Below, piece after piece: positions 8,839 to 16,273 of a stretch of 34,790 nt of DNA. Each line of letters opens with the position of its first letter. Within the stretch, counting starts at the first letter, position 1. This stretch comes from Deltaproteobacteria bacterium (GTDB taxonomy: Bacteria; Myxococcota_A; UBA9160; SMWR01). Where the stretch lies: assembly GCA_019313605.1 (NCBI GenBank), contig JAFDAW010000017.1:1-34790 (forward strand), read 5' to 3'. Made by a program: the position numbers and the translations under genes. Under the pieces are notes generated by a model. It made no database searches. It was not told where the DNA came from and saw only the letters and a list, made by a program, of their open reading frames with translations.

Positions 8839-9219
8839 ATGACGCGATCGACCCCCATCTGGCCCGTCGTCCTCATCTGCGTGTTCGCGGCATCCGCGAG
8901 CGCCGACGTGGCCGAGCGCTCGCTCACCGTAACCGCCACGGCCTACAATTCGCTTCCCGAGCAGACCGACGATGAGCCCCACCTGGCGGCCTGGGGAGAT
9001 TCACTCGCCCCGGGCATGAAGGTGATCGCGGTTTCCCGCGATCTCATTCCCGCGGGTCTCGATCGTCGCACCCCGGTAAAGATCGAGGGGTTTCCGGGCG
9101 TGTACCTCGTCCTCGACAAGATGAACAAGCGCTGGGAGAAGCGCATCGACATCTATATGGGACACGATCTCGAGGCGGCGCGAGCCTGGGGTAAACGGCA
9201 AGTGGAAATCAGCTGGTAG
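8839..9219 (+). CDS. Secreted 3D-domain (MltA/RlpA-type double-psi beta-barrel) protein
   Basis: 126 aa. Signal peptide ending ASASA. TATAYNSLPEQTDDEPHLAAWGD and IDIYM resemble 3D-domain proteins. Confidence 0.65.
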   Translation: MTRSTPIWPVVLICVFAASASADVAERSLTVTATAYNSLPEQTDDEPHLAAWGDSLAPGMKVIAVSRDLIPAGLDRRTPVKIEGFPGVYLVLDKMNKRWEKRIDIYMGHDLEAARAWGKRQVEISW

Positions 9220-9277
9220 ATCCCGTGAACGCTGACGGATCGCATGACTCTCTCTTCGGTTTCGGTTTGTAACACGC

Positions 9278-10021
9278 ATGGGCACACTCGGTTGGATTCT
9301 CTGCAGCGGATTTTTGATGAGCATGATTGCGCTCGTGGGCGCCGTCACGTTCGCACTGCCGGATCGCACCCGTGAGCAGCTGATCCTGCCACTCGTCGCT
9401 TTTTCTGCCGGATCGCTCCTCGGTGGCGCGCTGCTCCACATGATCCCGGAGGCCGTTGAGCGAAGTGGCGGCGCGGCGACCGTCTACCTCTGGGTGTTGG
9501 CTGGCTTCACCTCGTTTCTGGCCTTCGAGCAATTCCTGCATTGGCACCATTGGCACAGCGATGCGCCCGAGGTGAAGAGCCCGCTGAGCCACATGATGGT
9601 GATCGGCGACAGCGTCCACAATTTTCTCGGCGGCGTCGCGGTCGCCGCCGCGTTCATCGTCGACATCCGACTCGGCACGACCACCTGGCTCGTCGCTGCA
9701 GCTCACGAAGTTCCGCAGGAGCTCGGCAAGTACGGTGTGTTGATCCACGGCGGCTGGAAGCGCGGTCGCGCCCTCGTCGTGAGTTTTCTCTCCTCGCTGA
9801 CTTTCCTGATCGGCGGAATCTTCGCCTACGTGGTGTCATTCGAGTTCGACATCGGGTTCCTGGTGCCCTTCGCGGCCGGCAACTTCCTCTACATCGCCGC
9901 GTCGGACCTGGTTCCAGAGGTGAACCGACACCATCACCTGGGCGTCAATCTGCTCCACTTCGCATCCTTCTCCGCGGGAATTGCTCTGCTTCTCGCAATT
10001 CACATTATTTCAGGGAAATAG
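9278..10021 (+). CDS. ZIP-family divalent metal transporter (ZupT-like)
   Basis: 247 aa, multi-TM. Signature HEVPQELGKYGVLIHGG plus His-rich HWHHWH loop. Confidence 0.85.
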   Translation: MGTLGWILCSGFLMSMIALVGAVTFALPDRTREQLILPLVAFSAGSLLGGALLHMIPEAVERSGGAATVYLWVLAGFTSFLAFEQFLHWHHWHSDAPEVKSPLSHMMVIGDSVHNFLGGVAVAAAFIVDIRLGTTTWLVAAAHEVPQELGKYGVLIHGGWKRGRALVVSFLSSLTFLIGGIFAYVVSFEFDIGFLVPFAAGNFLYIAASDLVPEVNRHHHLGVNLLHFASFSAGIALLLAIHIISGK

Positions 10022-10186
10022 GCATGCGAAAGTGCGAGGTTTTTCGCTGAATTGCATTGAAAGTCCTAATTTTTCGAGTAGCCGGACTTCCCATCATCAG
10101 AAAATCAAGCACAATATTGGTCGGTAGCGGTCCATTGGCGCTGAACGGGTCTGCTCCAATGTCTCGCGCAACACAACCTGCAGTAC

Positions 10187-10492
10187 ATGGTGCATATCAT
10201 GGCCGTAAGAAAGAAAGCCTCCAAGAAGAAGAAGGTCGTACGGAAGAAGAAGGCCGTGCGAAAGAAGAAAGCCGTACGCAAGAAGGCCGGCTGGGGTGGA
10301 CGCCGAAGAGGCGCGGGCCGACCGCTGGGCACGGGAACGGGCCCGTCCAAGCACGCGCGAATCAATCGCGTCGTAGCGATGCTGAGCAACGATGAGCTGA
10401 AGATCCTACAAGCGCACGCGAAGCGTGAGAAGCTGCCCCTCGGGACGGCCGCTTATCGGATCATCGCGCAGTCGTTGCGCCGCCTCCGCTGA
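10187..10492 (+). CDS. Small lysine-repeat protein with ribbon-helix-helix-like C-terminus
   Basis: 101 aa. N-terminal KKKxVR repeats encoded by 18-nt tandem units (about 10202-10291). The C-terminal pattern RINRVVAMLSNDELKILQAHAKREKLPLGTAAYRIIAQSL fits strand-helix-helix. Start could be ATG 10199. Confidence 0.55.
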   Translation: MVHIMAVRKKASKKKKVVRKKKAVRKKKAVRKKAGWGGRRRGAGRPLGTGTGPSKHARINRVVAMLSNDELKILQAHAKREKLPLGTAAYRIIAQSLRRLR

Positions 10493-10621
10493 CCCGGGCG
10501 TTCCGAACCGGACCACGGGCGGCGCGGCGCGATCGTTCCTCCAGTACGCCGGCGATCTGCCGGTGGGCGTGGAGCCAGGACGCGGGCGCCGCCCATCGCG
10601 AATGGAAGATTCTAGAAACCT

Positions 10622-10646
10622 CGCGCGGGTGAAGTGTGCCCGCGCG
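10622..10646 (-). terminator. GC-rich hairpin between convergent genes, possible terminator for the MORN gene
   Basis: CGCGCGGG / CCCGCGCG 8-bp stem with 9-nt loop, 10 nt past the minus-strand stop. Followed on the minus strand by only a weak T-rich run (GGTTTCTAGAATCTT). Confidence 0.3.
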
Positions 10647-10656
10647 TCGGCTCGGA

Positions 10657-11283
10657 TCACTCCTCGGAAAAGGTTTCGACCGAGATGCGATCGCCGTCGA
10701 CGAATTCGGCGACCTTGCGCTTCGCTCCATCCGGATACCAGCCCGTCCAGGTCCCGTGGAATTGGCCCTTTCGAAAGGCTCCCTCCGCTTCCATCTGGCC
10801 GTTTTCAAAATAAGCGACCGCGGGGCCGTCCTTTTCTCCGTCGACATAGTGTTCGAAGAATTGAAGCTGCCCGTCGAGATACCAGCGCATCATTTCCCCA
10901 TTGCGCTTGCCGTTCGCAAAATCCTGCTTGAGGAGCTTGATTCCCTCCTCTCCCCAGGTCGAAAACGTTCCGTGGCGCTGATCGTCGGCGTAGTGTCCCT
11001 CTTCCGCGAGTTGACCGTTGATATGCCAAAGCTTGAAAACGCCGTTCAACTTGCCTTCGTCGAAGTGCGCTTCGGCCTTTGGGTCACCGCCTTCGTACCA
11101 GGAGAGACTGGGACCGTGCTGGGTCCCGTCGGAAAGTTCACACCACGCCTTGAATCCGTCGGGAGGCGACTGCCCATGGACCACGGCCTCACTCGGGCAT
11201 TGGATTGCCTCTGCCAGCGCAGAACGGGGATCGAGCAGGGCCGCAAATAGACAGACGGCGATCCACAGTGTGATTCGACACAT
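10657..11283 (-). CDS. Secreted MORN-repeat (YwqK-like) protein
   Basis: 208 aa. Signal peptide, then repeated G-x-x-x-G-x-W/F-x-x-W/Y-x-x-x-G units (GKLNGVFKLWHINGQ, HGTFSTWGEEG, GKRNGEMMRWYLDGQ, GEKDGPAVAYFENGQ, GQFHGTWTGWYPDG). Confidence 0.75.
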   Translation of the reverse strand: MCRITLWIAVCLFAALLDPRSALAEAIQCPSEAVVHGQSPPDGFKAWCELSDGTQHGPSLSWYEGGDPKAEAHFDEGKLNGVFKLWHINGQLAEEGHYADDQRHGTFSTWGEEGIKLLKQDFANGKRNGEMMRWYLDGQLQFFEHYVDGEKDGPAVAYFENGQMEAEGAFRKGQFHGTWTGWYPDGAKRKVAEFVDGDRISVETFSEE

Positions 11284-11346
11284 ACCGGTCCCAGGGTATC
11301 ACTTTGCGCCCACCCCATGGGTTGGGTGGGTGATCGCGATCAGCAG

Positions 11347-11469
11347 GCGAAGCTGATGGATTCGCTTGCGTCGTCGCACAACCCCATTCTGGGGTCGTGC
11401 TCCTAGCTGGCGAATCCTTCGGATTCGCTTGCGTCGTCGCACAACCCCATTCTGGGGTCGTGCTCCTAG
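11347..11469 (+). repeat. Two tandem copies of a structured two-hairpin intergenic repeat (REP-like)
   Basis: A 49-nt block (GGATTCGCTTGCGTCGTCGCACAACCCCATTCTGGGGTCGTGCTCCTAG) is identical at 11358-11406 and 11421-11469. Each holds the hairpin GCACAACCCC-ATTCT-GGGGTCGTGC. Copy 2 also has GCGAATCC-TTC-GGATTCGC. Confidence 0.9.
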
Positions 11470-12440
11470 GGTGTGATGATCAGCTTGCCGTGGGTCTTTC
11501 GAGAGGCGAGTTCTCCGAGCGCAGAGGGAAGATCTTCGAGCGGGTAGGTGCGGAAGATCAGCGGCTTGATCAAGGCCTCGCGGTAGAGGGCGAAAAGGCC
11601 CTCGAAGGTCTCCGGCACCCTTTGGGGCTCATTCTCCAGATAAGCCCCCCAATGGATGCCCGTCACCGCAATGTTCTTGAGCATGATGCGATTCGTCTTC
11701 ACCTCCGGGATGCGGCCGCTTGCAAATCCGACGACGAGAAGCCGGCCGTTCCAGGCGATGCACTTGAGAGATCGGTCGAATACGTCACCACCGACGGGAT
11801 CGTAGATGACGTCTGCACCGCTGCCGCCCGTGATCTCGTGCACGCGGGCCACGAAGTCGTCCACCCGGTAGTCGATCACTTCGTCGGCACCGAGTTCGCG
11901 CGCGATCTCGAGCTTATCCACCCCGCCCACCGTCGCGATCACGCGGGCTCCGAGCGCCTTGCCGATCTGCACGGCTGTGCTTCCGACACCGCCAGCGGCG
12001 GCGTGAACCAGGAGCGTCTCGCCGGCTTGCAGATTCGCGCGAAAAATCAGCGCCGCATAACTGGTCGGATAGATGATCGGAATCGCTGCGCCTTCCCCGA
12101 ACGACATCTCATCGGGCATCCGGTGGACATCAGCGGCAGGAACGACCGCGGTCTCCGCAAAACCGCCGATCTGCGTCCCGGCGAGAACGCGATCACCCAC
12201 CGCGAATCCCTCGACTCCCGCGCCGAGCGCTTTCACCACGCCCGCGATCTCGCCGCCCGGCGTAAACGGGAAATCGGGTTTGACCTGGTATTTGCCCTGG
12301 ACGATCAAGGTGTCGAAGAAGTTGCAACCGGCGGCGCGTACTTCGATCTGGAGCGCGCCCGGTCCGGCTTCGGGTTCGGGGATCTCCGACACCCGAAGTT
12401 CGGCGGGTTCCATATAGTGGTCGACTGAGATTGCGCGCAC
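11466..12440 (-). CDS. qor: NADPH:quinone oxidoreductase (zeta-crystallin / MDR family)
   Basis: AAGGVGSTAVQIGKALGARVIATVGG nucleotide motif. The N-terminus RAISVDHYMEPAELRVSEIPEPEAGPG aligns with typical Qor starts. GTG at 12440 sits 9 nt after GGAGG. The ORF-track start at 12506 would run into the repeat. Confidence 0.85.
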   Translation of the reverse strand: MRAISVDHYMEPAELRVSEIPEPEAGPGALQIEVRAAGCNFFDTLIVQGKYQVKPDFPFTPGGEIAGVVKALGAGVEGFAVGDRVLAGTQIGGFAETAVVPAADVHRMPDEMSFGEGAAIPIIYPTSYAALIFRANLQAGETLLVHAAAGGVGSTAVQIGKALGARVIATVGGVDKLEIARELGADEVIDYRVDDFVARVHEITGGSGADVIYDPVGGDVFDRSLKCIAWNGRLLVVGFASGRIPEVKTNRIMLKNIAVTGIHWGAYLENEPQRVPETFEGLFALYREALIKPLIFRTYPLEDLPSALGELASRKTHGKLIITP

Positions 12441-12459
12441 GAAATTTCGCCTCCAAGCT

Positions 12460-12525
12460 GCGCGTTGGCCTTCGGCCAAAGCTTTTGCGGCGTCGCGCAA
12501 CCCCATTCTGGGGTCGCGCTCCTAG
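12460..12525 (+). repeat. Copy of the two-hairpin intergenic repeat
   Basis: GCGCGTTGGCC-TTC-GGCCAAAGC...GCGCAACCCC-ATTCT-GGGGTCGCGC-TCCTAG. Same order and orientation as the other copies. Directly upstream of the qor Shine-Dalgarno. Confidence 0.85.
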
Positions 12526-12624
12526 CTGCGCGCAGGCCGTCCCTACCAGCCCCGATCGACCATTTTAACCGTCGATTACGTTCGCGCAGCTTCGGGGGGC
12601 ACAACTGAGCCGGCGCGGGTTAGA

Positions 12625-13821
12625 ATGGCGCGCATGGGCACCACCGAGCTCAAGAAAGCCGTCTGTGCTGCGGTCGACGACATCCGCGACGAGCTGCTGC
12701 GGCTATCGCACGGCATCCACGCGAAGCCCGAGCTCGCCTTCGAGGAGCGCGAAGCGGCGGCTCTGCTCAGCGAGTCGATCCGCCGATCGGGGATCGAGGT
12801 CGAAACCGGGGCCTACGGGCTGGAGACCGCGTTCTCAGCAGAATTCGGATCCGGCGATGCGGGCTGCGTGGCGATTCTCGCCGAGTACGACGCTCTGCCG
12901 GAAATCGGGCACGCGTGTGGGCACAACATCATCGCGAGCGCGGCGGTCGGCGCGGGGCTGGCTTTGTTCAAGCTGGCCGACCGCTTGCCGGGCAAAGTGC
13001 GGATTCTCGGCACGCCCGCTGAGGAGCGCGGTGGCGGCAAAGAGTTGATGGCGCGAAAGGGCGCGTTCGATGGAGTCGACGCGGCGATGATGGTGCACCC
13101 CGCCGGCGCAAACCTCGTGACGATGCCGAGCTTGGCCTGCTCGGAAGTCGATGTCCGCTACCGGGGTCGCGCGTCTCACGCGGCGGCGATGCCCGAGCAG
13201 GGGATCAACGCGCTCGACGCATTGGTAATCGCCTACCAGTCGATCGCTGCGCTGCGCCAGCACATCGGGATCTTCGAGCGCATTCACGGCATCATCACCA
13301 ACGGCGGGCAAGCGCCCAACATCGTTCCCGAGAACGCAGCGGGGCGTTTCTACGTGCGCTCCGCCAACGCCGACGAACTCGCAGCGCTGAAAGCCCGGGT
13401 CGAGAACTGCTTTCGCGCAGGAGCTGCGGCGACCGGCGCCGAGCTGGAATTTACCTGGAACGAGGTCGATTACCTCGACATCCGATTCAACGAACCGCTC
13501 GCAGAGAGCTACCGCGCCAACGCGGAGACACTCGGGCGCGTATTCTTCCCGATCGAGAAGGTGCCCGCCGGGCTCGCGGGCAGCACGGATATGGGAAACG
13601 TGAGCTATCGCGTGCCGTCGATTCACCCGATGATCGCATCCGCTCCGCTCACCTGTTCGATCCACAACGCAGAGTTCGAAAAGTGGGCCGGAGGCGAAAT
13701 GGGCGACGAGGCGACGATCGACGGAGCCAAGGCGCTCGCGATGACGGCTATCGACTATCTGTGCGATCCGGAGCTGCGCGAGCGAGCCCGCGAGAGCTTC
13801 GAGCACGGCGGCGACCAATGA
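12625..13821 (+). CDS. M20-family amidohydrolase / metallopeptidase
   Basis: 398 aa. Metal-site region AEYDALPEIGHACGHNIIASAAVG and GTPAEERGGGK. The start could instead be ATG 12634. Confidence 0.8.
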   Translation: MARMGTTELKKAVCAAVDDIRDELLRLSHGIHAKPELAFEEREAAALLSESIRRSGIEVETGAYGLETAFSAEFGSGDAGCVAILAEYDALPEIGHACGHNIIASAAVGAGLALFKLADRLPGKVRILGTPAEERGGGKELMARKGAFDGVDAAMMVHPAGANLVTMPSLACSEVDVRYRGRASHAAAMPEQGINALDALVIAYQSIAALRQHIGIFERIHGIITNGGQAPNIVPENAAGRFYVRSANADELAALKARVENCFRAGAAATGAELEFTWNEVDYLDIRFNEPLAESYRANAETLGRVFFPIEKVPAGLAGSTDMGNVSYRVPSIHPMIASAPLTCSIHNAEFEKWAGGEMGDEATIDGAKALAMTAIDYLCDPELRERARESFEHGGDQ

Positions 13822-14402
13822 GCGGCCCGCCTGAACCCGAAGCGGATCAGAAGATCGATCCGAGCGCGTGGATCGCCCCCAGCGCGCAGATCTACGGCGC
13901 GGTCACCATCGGGCCGGACGCTTCGGTCTGGCACAACGCCGTATTGCGCGCCGAGTGCGAACGGATCGAGATCGGGCGAATGACCAACCTGCAGGATTTC
14001 ACAATGGTCCACATCGCCTACGACAACCCGACGACCATCGGCGAATTCTGCTCGATCACCCACCACGCAACGGTGCACGGCTGCACGGTCGGCGATCACT
14101 GCCTGGTGGGAATCGGCGCCGTGATCATGGATCACGCGGTGATCGGAGCGGGATCCATCGTGGCGGGGGGCGCATTCGTGACCGAGCGCAGCGTGTTTCC
14201 CCCGCATTCGATCATCGCCGGGGTCCCCGCCAAGCAGATCGGCGAGCGCGACAGCGCGCGCCCCAACCGCCTGAACGCCTGGGTGTACCAACGAAACGCC
14301 GAGTTCACGCGCCGCGAAGACTACCGCGCCTGGACAGGCGCGGAATACAAAGCGTGGTACGAGGCGAAGAGCGCCGAAATCGAAGCCGACCGGGATCTCT
14401 AA
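13818..14402 (+). CDS. Gamma-carbonic-anhydrase-like left-handed beta-helix (hexapeptide repeat) protein
   Basis: ATGA overlap with the M20 gene. Hexapeptide-repeat run (IAPSAQIYGAVTIGPDASVWHNAVLRAE...IGRMTNLQDFTMVH...VGDHCLVGIGAVIMDHAVIGAGSIVAGGAFV). The upstream part of the ORF-track frame (13683-) is Arg-rich overlap noise. Confidence 0.8.
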   Translation: MSGPPEPEADQKIDPSAWIAPSAQIYGAVTIGPDASVWHNAVLRAECERIEIGRMTNLQDFTMVHIAYDNPTTIGEFCSITHHATVHGCTVGDHCLVGIGAVIMDHAVIGAGSIVAGGAFVTERSVFPPHSIIAGVPAKQIGERDSARPNRLNAWVYQRNAEFTRREDYRAWTGAEYKAWYEAKSAEIEADRDL

Positions 14403-14447
14403 GGCAGGCCCAATGCGCGCACCGGCAACCAACCCTGATAATTGGCT

Positions 14448-14494
14448 GGGGAGAGCCTTGGGCGACATGGGGTTAGAGCCCAAGGCCTCTCCCC
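14448..14494. other. Long imperfect hairpin downstream of the M20/gamma-CA pair
   Basis: GGGGAGAGCCTTGGGC (14448-14463) pairs with GCCCAAGGCCTCTCCCC (14478-14494) with one bulged C and a 14-nt loop. No T-tract follows. Confidence 0.6.
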
Positions 14495-14557
14495 TCTCGA
14501 TCATCAGGCGCACTAGCAATCGCGTCGCCGCGGCCGCGCCCATTGCTGCCCCTAACG

Positions 14558-14623
14558 GCGCGTTGGCCTTCGGCCAAAGCTAACGCGTCGTCGCACGACC
14601 CCATTCTGGGGTCGCGCTCCTAA
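14558..14623 (+). repeat. Copy of the two-hairpin intergenic repeat
   Basis: GCGCGTTGGCC-TTC-GGCCAAAGC...GCACGACCCC-ATTCT-GGGGTCGCGC-TCCTAA. Its terminal CTA supplies the stop codon of the minus-strand TetR gene. Confidence 0.85.
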
Positions 14624-15285
14624 CTGGAATTAGGCGCACGGCCGAGGCCGCGAAACAGCAACTCCACCGTACCTTCGATCTCCGTCCGGCAGGCGCCCTC
14701 GGACAACAACCCATTCGCCCAGGAAATCCGTGCGCCGATCGCCCCGTGGAACAGAGCGCGGGCCGCAGCCAGGACGTCGACTCGGGGATCCAGATCGCCC
14801 AGTGCGCGGCCCCCCTGGAGGATCTCCGCCAGCAGGCCGATGGTGCGGTCGTTCAGCGCCAACACGCGGGCCGAGATGCGAGAATCGGGGTAGGTGGTGG
14901 CGCGAATCGCGATTACCGTGAGATCCGGATGCCGCGCGAGGAGTTCGTGTTGGCTCTGAAAGAATTTCTGAATGCGCTCGCGGGTCGGGGTGGTTCGGGC
15001 GTCCTGGCGGCGAAAATCGAGCCAGGCCTCTTCCTGTAGATCGGCGAGCTCGAGCACGAGGAGTTCGTGCTTCGACCGCACGTGCCGGTAGATCGAGCTC
15101 GCCCCCATTCCCGCGCGCGCGGCAATGGCGCGAAGGGTCGCCGCATCGAAACCGCGCTCTTGAAACAATGCGCGGGCCGCCTCGCGAATCCGGGCGCGGC
15201 TGCGGGCGCCGCGCAGCAGCCGTCCGTCCTCGGGCTGATGGAGCGCGCCGGTGGTGGATATTCGAGCAGGGTCACGGGGTTGCAT
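14620..15285 (-). CDS. TetR/AcrR-family transcriptional regulator
   Basis: HTH region RIREAARALFQERGFDAATLRAIAARAGMGASSIYRHVRSKHELL. ATG 15285 is preferred over the TTG at 15345 because the first 20 codons of the longer ORF end mostly in A/T, unlike the rest of the gene. Confidence 0.8.
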   Translation of the reverse strand: MQPRDPARISTTGALHQPEDGRLLRGARSRARIREAARALFQERGFDAATLRAIAARAGMGASSIYRHVRSKHELLVLELADLQEEAWLDFRRQDARTTPTRERIQKFFQSQHELLARHPDLTVIAIRATTYPDSRISARVLALNDRTIGLLAEILQGGRALGDLDPRVDVLAAARALFHGAIGARISWANGLLSEGACRTEIEGTVELLFRGLGRAPNSS

Positions 15286-15302
15286 TTGTGCGAACAGAAT
15301 CG

Positions 15303-15480
15303 CATAGATTTGATTGTGTCCCAAAGATTGTGCTTGCCGAGCCAAACCTCCGCCGCCGGGCTGGCTGACCGCCGCGACGCGCCAACGCAGCTCGAGCGCT
15401 CGATCGATCCGCTAAGTACTCGATCGCAAAATAGAAACGCCCCGATCAGCACAATCTTTGGGACACCACCCATAGATTTG
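15303..15480. repeat. 19-bp perfect inverted repeat pair flanked by a 10-bp direct repeat (MITE-like footprint or paired TetR operators)
   Basis: GTGTCCCAAAGATTGTGCT (15316-15334) and its exact reverse complement (15448-15466) are separated by 113 nt. CATAGATTTG occurs at 15303-15312 and 15471-15480, just outside the two arms. Confidence 0.8.
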
Positions 15481-15842
15481 GAGCGACCCGCCAGTGCGAG
15501 AACGCGTGGATCCAGAAAGCACGAAGGCTCAGCCAGCACTGGCCGAGCCTTCGGACACCGTCAACCCGGCCGCTTCAACCCTATCGGGAAGAACCAAACG
15601 AGCCCGGCGTCAACACCGTCTCCGACCTCTAAGAGTCGCGGAGCGGTGTCCGATCCGAGTTGGCACTCGTTGAGCAAGCTTTGTGCCGCCCCTCAACCTG
15701 ACCGTAAGTGTCTGTTTTTATTACTTGTTAGAGATTCTCAGCCAAGGCCGAGGGAAGCTCGTTTCCCGATGGCGGAAAAGCTTTTCTCAATCGAAGCTGG
15801 ATTTTTCGGTCTCTCGGCGATTGGGGGCCCCGGATCGCCGGG

Positions 15843-16121
15843 TCACTCGCAGCGCGAGACCGAATCACCGGGGCTGGACGCTCGACACGAGATCGGATCG
15901 CCGAGGATCCCGGTTCTGAGATTGGCGCTGCGGGTTCGGGCGCGCTCGTTTTCGAAGCGGGCTTTTCGGGTTGCGACCCATTCGGGCTCCGCTGGATCCG
16001 CTCCGATGTCGTATCTCGTCCCACCGCCGGCCCGTTCGAGCGCATTCATGACGTCGTTCCAATCCGCACTCGCGGCGCCCGCAGATAGAACAATCCAAAC
16101 TGCCAACAGCAGATATCGCAT
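15843..16121 (-). CDS. Small hypothetical secreted protein
   Basis: 92-aa ORF. ATG preceded by AGGAG with a 6-nt spacer. N-terminal signal-like MRYLLLAVWIVLSAGAASA. No family recognised. Confidence 0.45.
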   Translation of the reverse strand: MRYLLLAVWIVLSAGAASADWNDVMNALERAGGGTRYDIGADPAEPEWVATRKARFENERARTRSANLRTGILGDPISCRASSPGDSVSRCE

Positions 16122-16273
16122 AACACACTCCTATGTCTTTAGAGTTGACTCTGAAGGATTCGGAGTCGTGTCGGAGCGATCGGTCGATTGCTTTAGCGAT
16201 TTGGTGGAGAACACCGTAATTCAGTGAAGAACGGTGAAGGAAATCGGTTCTTGCGACTGAGATCTCTCGGTCG

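Noticed and set aside
7921-8982. Long N-terminal extensions in the ORF track. Cases: SDR from 8982, qor from 12506, gamma-CA-like from 13683, yhbY from 19410, nuoI from 30001, nuoK from 31310.
   Set aside because: The family-typical N-termini and Shine-Dalgarno or overlap contexts support internal starts at 8646, 12440, 13818, 19509, 30439 and 31529. The extensions overlap neighbouring genes or repeats and look non-coding.
11397-12428. 343-aa plus-strand ORF. The same applies to similar long antisense ORFs at 12835-13818, 22032-22724, 23210-24064 and 24929-25888.
   Set aside because: All lie opposite strongly supported genes (qor, M20, fhs, glycosyltransferase, MBL) and have Arg/His/Asp-rich low-complexity translations. 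Treated as GC-driven open frames.
11347-14623. The repeated 49-66-nt elements as a CRISPR array
   Set aside because: Spacing is irregular (63 nt, then about 1 kb and 2 kb). The copies sit between ordinary genes, there are only four, and no cas genes are present. The architecture fits REP-like elements instead.
15067-16227. 386-aa plus-strand ORF spanning the tetR upstream region and the non-coding gap
   Set aside because: Extremely Arg/Ser/Pro/Ala-rich with no motifs. It runs antisense to the TetR N-terminus and the small secreted-protein gene. This is the typical shadow ORF of GC-rich DNA.
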